Shown: piece after piece, positions 39,445-46,596 of the stretch | How positions within the stretch are numbered: position 1 is the first letter of the stretch | Layout of the letters: each line of letters starts with the position of its first letter | Origin: an uncultured virus (IMG/VR IMGVR_UViG_3300020037_001229) | Taxonomy: Duplodnaviria; Heunggongvirae; Uroviricota; Caudoviricetes | IMG/VR virus record: IMGVR_UViG_3300020037_001229 | Reading direction: 5' to 3' (one strand) | DNA: 64,000 nt | Translations under genes and position numbers: made by a program | The notes under the pieces: model-generated | Databases searched by the model: none | What the model saw: the letters and a program-made list of their open reading frames with translations, nothing else | Told to the model about the DNA's origin: nothing

Positions 39445-39540
39445 AAAAGCCCCCGGAGCATCAGGGGACAAAGACACTCCGGGGGTAAGTCCACGCGTCA
39501 TCACCCAAGGGGAGGAGGCCTTAGGTTTCCCAACGTGGAG
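39445..39540 (-). ncRNA. Candidate anti-Shine-Dalgarno (cuckoo-like) small RNA
   Basis: Hairpin CCUAAGG-CCUCCUCC-CCUUGGG inside a UCCACG/CGUGGA helix, followed by a GC hairpin and U run. Confidence 0.5.
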
Positions 39541-39551
39541 AAACTGTTAGT

Positions 39552-39722
39552 TTACTTGAGCGTGCAAGAGGAGTAAATATCGACCCCTGCGTCGTCCAGA
39601 GCAAACACGATGGATTCCACGGCAGACTCACACTTCTCCTTTGAACTAAACTCTGCCGTTGAGAGCGAAGTGGTCTTGTACGGCGTGTTAGACAAGACGA
39701 TAATGATAAGAATCCATTTCAT
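39552..39722 (-). CDS. Small exported protein (56 aa, not in ORF track)
   Basis: MKWILIIIVLS...EFSSKEKCESA...C; AAGGAG SD. Confidence 0.55.
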   Translation of the reverse strand: MKWILIIIVLSNTPYKTTSLSTAEFSSKEKCESAVESIVFALDDAGVDIYSSCTLK

Positions 39723-39737
39723 GGAAGTCTCCTTGAG

Positions 39738-39926
39738 TTAAATCTTCTTGAATAATAGAAGAAGAAGTAGAATCAGGAGCACAACGGCTGCCGGTATCCA
39801 CAGTGGCGACAGAACCCACCACCATGACCAGTCGATGTAACCTGTGAGTTTTAACCCTATGAAGAGGACGGTGAGCATACTGAAAAAGAAACTGCCACCA
39901 CTTGCAGACGTGTTTGAGTTTGACAT
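39738..39926 (-). CDS. Small transmembrane protein
   Basis: LFIGLKLTGYIDWSWWWVLSPLW motif common in phages. Confidence 0.7.
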   Translation of the reverse strand: MSNSNTSASGGSFFFSMLTVLFIGLKLTGYIDWSWWWVLSPLWIPAAVVLLILLLLLLFKKI

Positions 39927-39972
39927 TTCGTCTCTCCAGATTTCCTGCTTGATTGCCCTAGTAAATCGTGAT

Positions 39973-40200
39973 TTAGATACTGTGTGTTGAACTTCCTGTC
40001 ACACGAGATTCATCCCAAGCAGCCTCGAACCTAGGGTCTACTTGGTTAACCCTTTGGTTAAGCTCTGTTAGTGCGGCTTCTGCCTGAAGAATGTCATAGT
40101 GAGTGTCTGACAAAGGGCCTGTCTTTGGCACACGGGTTAACAGACGCTCACAGAGACGTTTTACCGCCTTGTCACTATAGATGTAGGTTCCAGAGGTCAT
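39973..40200 (-). CDS. Hypothetical protein
   Basis: 75 aa, ATGA overlap. Confidence 0.5.
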   Translation of the reverse strand: MTSGTYIYSDKAVKRLCERLLTRVPKTGPLSDTHYDILQAEAALTELNQRVNQVDPRFEAAWDESRVTGSSTHSI

Positions 40201-40907
40201 GACACGGCCTCCTCGGCAAGAGCAATTAAATCAAGTGGGAGAGATGCCTCTGCTGCCCTTGCTGCCCTTGCTGCCCATGCTGCCTCTGCTGCCCTTGCTG
40301 CTGCCCATGCTGCCCATGCTGCCTCTGCTGCCCTTTCTGCCTCTGCTGCCCTTGCTGCCTCTGCTGCTGCCCATGCTGCCTCTGCTGCCCTTTCTGCCTC
40401 TGCTGCCCTTGCTGCCTCTGCTGCTGCCCTTGCTGCCTCTGCTGCTGCCCATGCTGACCTTGCTGCCTCTGCTGCCCTTGCTGCCCATGCTGCTGACGCA
40501 GTTCTGTCTTCACCACTCAACCACCTATCCGCCCACGAATTCCACTCTTTACTTTTACAAACTTTCTTCGCGCAGAGAATAGCAAATTTGACTCTTTGTT
40601 CGGTGGTCACTACAGGAAGTGTAATCTCCCGTATTGTTCTCAGAGTGACACAACCGACTTTTAGGTAATTGTCCGAGAATTTAACGACACCCTCTGCCTC
40701 CCACAAGCGAGGCTCTGAAAAACCAGCATGAATTGGGTTTAAGAAGACTGCAAGGAGTGGGTGTGTATAGGCGTGGATTACCCCAGAACTACAAAGACCG
40801 CCCTTACCTGTTCCAGAGTGAGACACTCCTTCTCCCCAGAGACACTGATTGTCTTCTCCACGACGAGTATAACCGTGTTCGTCGGTCAGTTTGTACAGGG
40901 TTTGCAT
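40197..40907 (-). CDS. Phage protein with Ala-rich tandem repeats
   Basis: YKLTD...CS.G.IH.Y..P.LA domain then AAWAARAAEAAR repeats. Confidence 0.7.
   Translation of the reverse strand: MQTLYKLTDEHGYTRRGEDNQCLWGEGVSHSGTGKGGLCSSGVIHAYTHPLLAVFLNPIHAGFSEPRLWEAEGVVKFSDNYLKVGCVTLRTIREITLPVVTTEQRVKFAILCAKKVCKSKEWNSWADRWLSGEDRTASAAWAARAAEAARSAWAAAEAARAAAEAARAAEAERAAEAAWAAAEAARAAEAERAAEAAWAAWAAARAAEAAWAARAARAAEASLPLDLIALAEEAVS
40244..40495 (-). repeat. Tandem 9/12-nt GCAGCA-NNN repeat array
   Basis: GCAGCAAGG / GCAGCAGAG / GCAGCATGG units. Confidence 0.9.
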
Positions 40908-41121
40908 TTACTTATACCTCTCAGTGATAGAAAAGGTACACCCAGGGGCAGTATCCAAGGCCCTCGCGATTGCGTCCTTTCGCGACATACCATTGTACGT
41001 CAAGTAGCAACCTGGAGCTTCCTTGATATGACACTCAACGATCCTCTTCCTGTTGTCTGTATGAGTGCCTTTTTGATGGATTCTGGACATGATTCTCTCA
41101 CCCGCCTTGTTCTGATGCCGA

Positions 41122-41355
41122 TTAGCTGTTGATGGTAGAAATGTGGGGGAAGGTGTTCCTGATGGAACGATTGAAGTAGCCACCCTTGGACGGGGAGTCC
41201 AGAAGTGCCTTGTAGACGCTCACGGGAACATCCCCGTAAGTTAATGTCTGAGGACGCCCTCTGTTGAGGACGTGCAGGGTCAGAGTTAATGACTCTGAGT
41301 CATGTTGGACTCTATCAATAGCCCAACTATCTTGTATATCTTTTTTTCTTTTCAT
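41122..41355 (-). CDS. KTSC-domain protein
   Basis: Y.DVP..VY..LL.SPSKG.YFN..IR. Confidence 0.75.
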   Translation of the reverse strand: MKRKKDIQDSWAIDRVQHDSESLTLTLHVLNRGRPQTLTYGDVPVSVYKALLDSPSKGGYFNRSIRNTFPHISTINS

Positions 41356-41777
41356 GTGGCTCCCTCAAGCTAAAGATGTCCGTATGTACCAAAGACACAC
41401 CGGCCAGATTGGCACTGGCACTTCGGCTCGCTTCATTGCCGTGTCCTACAGCTTCGTTAGACGACAGTGTGCCTGTGGTGAATACGTTTTGTGTAGGTAG
41501 GCAGTTTAACGTCATGCCTAGGACGTGTATCGATCAACAACAATTTAGCCCAATAAACTATCTCCGAGTGAGCAACCTACGTAGTGTATACTATCGCATC
41601 TGCTACCGACTATTTATGTTATAGCGCGGGGAGTCATCGCGCTCTGGTACACAGCCCCATGTGTATTAATTCCTCTTTTGATTCTTCTAAGGTTTATTTC
41701 CAAAGTGTGGGTGTTGTCTTGCTCTCACTAGAACACGAAAAGGGAACCAAACGTGTCTGTATAGACAACAAGACAAC

Positions 41778-41812
41778 AAAAAACCCCAAGAGAACGAATC
41801 CTCTTGGGGTTA
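41778..41812 (-). terminator. Rho-independent terminator
   Basis: ACCCCAAGAG/CTCTTGGGGT hairpin with A run on + strand. Confidence 0.7.
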
Positions 41813-41835
41813 TTAATTGTCTTCGCGCCTCGTGT

Positions 41836-42372
41836 TTACTTGTTGTCCCAGACTTTGTGTCGACCCTTTTCCTTCACGAGTCTTTTATTCCCGACTTTGA
41901 CAATCTTGTGTTGTCCTACGAATTTGTCATCGGGATTCTTCACGAAGTTTAAGTAACCCTTCGTGTCTTCAGGCTCTTTAGAAGGAACGATCTTTTCCAG
42001 ATTCTTCTTATGGATTTCTTCCTTTTGCTTTTCGTTTTCCCTTTGTGTGACGATTCGTTGTGTCTGGTCATCGATTCGTCTTTGAAGGGAAAGAATTTTG
42101 GTTAGGGTAATGTTGTAGTTCTTTTCTTCTCTAACCTGGCGGGCTTCAAGCTCCGCTAGTTCATCCCCCTTGCGAGAGCCTTTGGCTTCAATGATACGCT
42201 TGATGACTCTCTTTTTCTTCCCCAGCTTGCGACTCAACTTGTGAATTTGAGCTTCCAAGGGGATTTCTTTGACCGTGAAGGCTTCCACTCCCTTCAGCGT
42301 CCCTGAAAAAGAGCGCATGTGAGTGACTTTCTGCCAGTCCCTAGGTTGCCGGTTGCGTCTTATCTTCACCAT
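41836..42372 (-). CDS. Basic (Lys/Arg-rich) early protein
   Basis: 178 aa, GGGGAG SD. Confidence 0.6.
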   Translation of the reverse strand: MVKIRRNRQPRDWQKVTHMRSFSGTLKGVEAFTVKEIPLEAQIHKLSRKLGKKKRVIKRIIEAKGSRKGDELAELEARQVREEKNYNITLTKILSLQRRIDDQTQRIVTQRENEKQKEEIHKKNLEKIVPSKEPEDTKGYLNFVKNPDDKFVGQHKIVKVGNKRLVKEKGRHKVWDNK

Positions 42373-42423
42373 GTCATTCTCCCTGCATGGCGTACTTGAC
42401 AGTAATAGTCAGGATTCTAGACA

Positions 42424-42460
42424 AGAAAAAAGCCCTAGAGTTTCCCCTAGGGCTTCTTTG
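42424..42460 (-). terminator. Rho-independent terminator
   Basis: AAGCCCTAG/CTAGGGCTT hairpin with A run. Confidence 0.7.
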
Positions 42461-42478
42461 TTGCGTTGCGGAATCGTA

Positions 42479-43291
42479 TCAGGCAGCGGCCTGAATCTGA
42501 CTCGGGTGCTCGGCCGGAATCGTGGTGGACTCCGCCGGGCTGGACTCGTTCGCGGCCGTGTCGGGACGCTTGGCATTGTCGCCGAATGCGCCGATGACCT
42601 TGGACATATCCGCCGCCGAAAGGCCGATGAAGAGCCCGAGCTTGCGAATGTCGTCCACCGACTTGCCGATGACCGGACCGTTTTTCGACCACTTCATGAG
42701 GAAGCGGACCGCGTCCTTTTCGGCCGCGACAGCGTCGTAAGCCGCCGCAAGAGCGTTCATCGCGTCACGAGTGATCCAGCGGAATTTCAGTGCCGGTTCG
42801 CCCGCTTCGATGACGGCGCGCTTGGTTGCCTTGACGTTCTCGATCTCCACGGCCGAAAGCTTGGTGCCGTCGCCGGTCTTCACCATGTAGAGATGGAGTC
42901 CAGCATCGGGGCCGCTCGTCTCGGGCTTGGTGCGGAACCGGATGACTTCGATGGGCCGCTTGGTCCACTTGGTGTTGTCTTCCGGATCACGCTCGCCGCC
43001 GACGCCGAACAGGTCAGTGACACGCGGTATTGCCCAGGAACGCATGGCGAAGGCGTCCGCCTCGTTCAGCCCGACATAGAGCCTGTTGAGTTCGTCCAGC
43101 CGACCATGCGCGATTGCACGATAGTAGGACGCGGCGAAGGCTTCCTGGAGAGTCGTCATGTGGCTTTGCGACGCCTTGATGGCGTGGTCCACGATGCCGG
43201 TAACGCGCTTGGTATTGTCCGCGAACGTTTCCGTGTTGGTGGCGTCCGTGGTGGAAGAGCCCTTGCGGCCCTTGTTGATCTGCGTAACCAT
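42479..43291 (-). CDS. GC-rich early protein of unknown function
   Basis: 270 aa, strong G/C third-position bias, AAGGG SD, followed by terminator. Confidence 0.75.
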   Translation of the reverse strand: MVTQINKGRKGSSTTDATNTETFADNTKRVTGIVDHAIKASQSHMTTLQEAFAASYYRAIAHGRLDELNRLYVGLNEADAFAMRSWAIPRVTDLFGVGGERDPEDNTKWTKRPIEVIRFRTKPETSGPDAGLHLYMVKTGDGTKLSAVEIENVKATKRAVIEAGEPALKFRWITRDAMNALAAAYDAVAAEKDAVRFLMKWSKNGPVIGKSVDDIRKLGLFIGLSAADMSKVIGAFGDNAKRPDTAANESSPAESTTIPAEHPSQIQAAA

Positions 43292-44027
43292 TTGTTTTCC
43301 CTTTTCCTTTTGCGCTTAGTGCTACTGGAGAATCAAACAACGCGACTAAGCAATACGTTGCTTGCCGCTCCAGTAATCTATTCACGATGTTTAATCTGTT
43401 TTCGGGATATTTCTTCCCCGTCCATCGAATCCGTATTCAAACGGGAAACGATGTAACGAAAACCAGATTGTGAAAGAACACACATTGGAAAGTGATCTTG
43501 CGCACTACCATGAGGAACCGAATAAGAATCTTTTGGACAGATTCTTAGTGTCTATCGGAAAGCTATGTTTCCGAAATCGGTTCCGCCAGTAGCGGAGTCC
43601 AGTGTTAGAGCCGTAGCGATCTCATGGCGTTCGCCGATGGGTAGGACGTCTACAGACGCGAACCCTTTGGTTACCAACCAACCGACTCACCAGGTGAGCA
43701 GGTCGAGTCGCCCGGAAAACCGGACTTGAACGCATAGTCTCACCCGATTGTGTCTAGAAAAAGGCACGATTATGGCAAGAATAAGGCATTTTGTATGCGC
43801 GGGGAATAGCTCGGGTGCGCTTACGTGTGCTTGCGCGGGGAGAAAGGCAACCTGGAAGCTAGACATGCTCTAAATCGCCCACAAATGGCCTAGGAATAGC
43901 CTCTAGGTGTTGTCTGGTATGCACCTAGCCAAAATACTCAACGCTTACCAGTGAGGCTTATAGGTGGCTTTATGAGGATATTAGATAAAGTGAATATACT
44001 AAGAAGATATTCCTATCAGTAGGGCCA

Positions 44028-44060
44028 AGAAAACCCCGCAAGAATGACTCACGGGGTTAT
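44028..44060 (-). terminator. Possible terminator
   Basis: AACCCCG...CGGGGTT hairpin after the 44085 ORF. Confidence 0.5.
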
Positions 44061-44084
44061 CTCGATTGGTGGGAAGACTCGAAG

Positions 44085-44315
44085 TCAAATCATGAGGTAG
44101 GCAAGTTCATCACAAGCTCTTGCCTTATCGTGCATCTCGAAGACCTTGGATGTATTGCCGTTGGTATTGGAGATGAACTTAGCGGCCTCCCGGTAGTACT
44201 TCGCCGCTTCCCTGTATTCTTCAGATGCTTCACATTCCATAGCCATTATTTCGTATAGGCCACTGGAGTCTGCCACATTGTGCTTGGGAGCCTTGGGGCG
44301 ATCGAAGAGAGTCAT
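44085..44315 (-). CDS. Early hypothetical protein
   Basis: 76 aa, AAGGG SD. Confidence 0.55.
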   Translation of the reverse strand: MTLFDRPKAPKHNVADSSGLYEIMAMECEASEEYREAAKYYREAAKFISNTNGNTSKVFEMHDKARACDELAYLMI

Positions 44316-44383
44316 AGTATTCCCTTTCCTCTACTTGGTTGATGACCTAACAAGCTAATAAATCCCTAGTGCTTATAGTTGGT

Positions 44384-44641
44384 TTAGCTTCTGGCGAACA
44401 ATTGCCAACGTTCAAGTGCTTCAATCGTTACATACAACGGACCGTCAAAATTTGTTTCTACTTTGTATCTCTTGGAAATGACAGGTCTCTCAGGCTTATC
44501 ACAGTAAACGACGATATCCATTCCTTTGGGTAAATCTCTCAAGGCTTCCGCCGGAGTTCTGAAAGGACCGAATACCCTTGGATTGGTATTGTCACCATAG
44601 TGCAACAAGATGACATAACCATTATTGACCTTGCTTTGCAT
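44384..44641 (-). CDS. Early hypothetical protein
   Basis: 85 aa, AAGGG SD. Confidence 0.55.
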   Translation of the reverse strand: MQSKVNNGYVILLHYGDNTNPRVFGPFRTPAEALRDLPKGMDIVVYCDKPERPVISKRYKVETNFDGPLYVTIEALERWQLFARS

Positions 44642-44961
44642 AGTTTTCCCTTTCGTAGTGTTTTAAACACTAGGGATCAACTAGCACGTGTAAGTGCGCG
44701 CTAGTTACTAGCTAGCCTGTTAGGTGTGATTCACTTGTCAAAGACCCTGTCAGACTTAGTAGGAATAATGTCCTAGGACTAAACCCCCGTCTGGCATTCC
44801 CCTAAGGGAGATATAGGCATAGCAGATAAGGCATTCTAATACAAGGGACTAAAGAGAAATAGATAACCAGAAATGCTCTAGGGAAGGGAATATCATTGCG
44901 GATTAATACTCCAGGGAGGACTAAGAATCCCCAGGCCGCTTAACCTAGAGTCGCTCATATA

Positions 44962-44987
44962 GAACAAATAATGAACAAAAGGAGAAC
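44962..44987. promoter_or_regulatory. Tandem GAAC-N7-GAAC-N7-GAAC (alphaproteobacterial LexA-box pattern)
   Basis: GAACaaataatGAACaaaaggaGAAC, 7 nt upstream of the -35 box. Confidence 0.6.
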
Positions 44988-44994
44988 ATAGGTA

Positions 44995-45034
44995 TTGACA
45001 AAGTAGAGTCTTTCTGTTATAATTATACTTATAG
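44995..45034 (+). promoter_or_regulatory. Consensus sigma70 promoter facing the packaging/structural arm
   Basis: TTGACA-N17-TATAAT followed by TATACTTATAG. Confidence 0.8.
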
Positions 45035-45637
45035 AGTAAGAAAGGGAAAACTAAGAGATATGCTAATAGCTAAGCTAAGAGTCTAAATACTTATAAGACT
45101 CATAGATAAGCTAATAGTATAGATACTAAAGTATAATAATAATATAACTATTAGATATACTAAAGGAATAACTAATAGCTAATAACCTATAGTATTAATA
45201 CCTATAGTATTAGCCAATAGATAAGCTATAAGCATATACCAACAGTGTCTCTTAGTAGTAACGTGAGTGATCTCTTACTAACATGAGTATAGAGCTTATC
45301 GCCAGACTCTTAGTGTAAAGAATAGCCTAAAGCAAAACCCTTAGTATTAGAGTAGCCTAAAGCGTAGGCGCACCCCTTCCCCCTCGAAGAGCTTAAATTC
45401 AGTCCGAGTAAATACACCCTAAGTATTTAATACTACTGGTATATTTACCTATACTTTAGGTATAAATAGAGCTTAATTATATTATATTTTGGTTATAGTA
45501 ATACGTAAGTATTCCCCAGGTATACCCTAGGGGCACCGGGTGACCGCCTGGGGTGGGGTCTGGTATCCTGTATACACCCTCTGCATAATTTAGGTAAAAA
45601 TCACTGTAAACCCTTATAACACAAGGCTTTGAACAAG

Positions 45638-45727
45638 ATGAAGAAAAAGGCTATGAAGACAACCAAGAGTATTAAGAAGCCCGAGAAGAATTCTGGTAAA
45701 GGTTCAACGAAGAATAAACCTTGTTAG
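45638..45727 (+). CDS. Tiny Lys-rich peptide (29 aa)
   Basis: MKKKAMKTTKSIKKPEKNSGKGSTKNKPC; weak SD. Confidence 0.3.
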   Translation: MKKKAMKTTKSIKKPEKNSGKGSTKNKPC

Positions 45728-45866
45728 AGGAAAAAGAGTCTCAAAGAGAGTTTTCTGAAGAACTTAAGGGACCCCTCTCCTGCTTCAGGGGATAAAAAAC
45801 ATAGTTTAGTAAAGTAAACAGAAGATTTAGGCTTGATGAGTGTCAAGCAACTCAAGAGGCGAATTT

Positions 45867-46292
45867 ATGAGTGATAAGAAATATACCGATCAACAACTGT
45901 TATTTTTAGGTTATCTGGGCGCAGAAGCCAAGGGTGATATTGATGAGGCTATGAAGATGGCTGGTTATGCCCCAAGCTCCAAGGGCTCTGTCGTTAAGAA
46001 CTTGAAGATGGAGATCATTGAAGTAGCCTCTGATATGCTTGGAGCTAATTCCATTAAGGCAGCTAGGTCTGTTATTTCGTTGTTAGATAATCCGACACAC
46101 CCTGGGGCTACAACCATTCTGAAGGCTGCCGCTTCTGTTCTCGATAGGGCCGGTGTTGGCAGACAGGACGATATCACCATGAAGATTCCTGCCGGGGGTC
46201 TTATCATTCTTCCTGCAAAGGGAGTTAATCCTGATCTACTGAAGAATACAAAGACTCTGAATGAAGAGGAAACTGAAGATGGGGAAGTTTAA
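45867..46292 (+). CDS. Putative terminase small subunit
   Basis: YTDQQ..FL......GD...A.KMAGY HTH-like N-terminus, LDRAG; upstream of TerL. Confidence 0.6.
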   Translation: MSDKKYTDQQLLFLGYLGAEAKGDIDEAMKMAGYAPSSKGSVVKNLKMEIIEVASDMLGANSIKAARSVISLLDNPTHPGATTILKAAASVLDRAGVGRQDDITMKIPAGGLIILPAKGVNPDLLKNTKTLNEEETEDGEV

Positions 46293-46596
46293 AGAGAAAC
46301 TCAAAGGCCGCAGGCAGTCCAAGAATATAGAGGATGTCAGGACTGACCCTATCTCCAAGATTATCGGTTCTGATAAAAAGAAACTAGATGATCAAGACCT
46401 ACAAGAGATTAAAGGAAGACTATCAGTCCACCTGAAAGATAAAAAGCCCATGGCAGAACAAGAGTCTGATTCTTACACTAAGTTCAGAAACAAAAAGGGA
46501 ACACAACCGGAGAGAATGATGAGTAAAGCAAAGAAACTTATTAGACTCAAGGATGATATTTTCCCTAAAGAATATTCGAAATTAAAGAATGAATGA
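46279..46596 (+). CDS. Basic hypothetical protein
   Basis: GRRQSKNIEDVR; coupled ORF. Confidence 0.5.
   Translation: MGKFKEKLKGRRQSKNIEDVRTDPISKIIGSDKKKLDDQDLQEIKGRLSVHLKDKKPMAEQESDSYTKFRNKKGTQPERMMSKAKKLIRLKDDIFPKEYSKLKNE

Noticed and set aside
39336..39494. N-terminal extension of the ORF 39021-39494
   Set aside because: Overlaps tRNA-Arg; SD supports the start at 39335
40199..40582. Leu/Pro-, Gln- and Ser/Gly-rich ORFs, and a possible CRISPR-like array
   Set aside because: Alternative frames of a coding tandem repeat; no unique spacers and no cas operon
42323..43456. 377-aa + strand ORF
   Set aside because: Antisense shadow of the GC-rich 42479-43291 gene; crosses a terminator and opposes local transcription
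43763..43777. Sigma54-like GG-N10-GC on the + strand
   Set aside because: Poor match at -12 (TGGC rather than TTGC) and no downstream + strand gene
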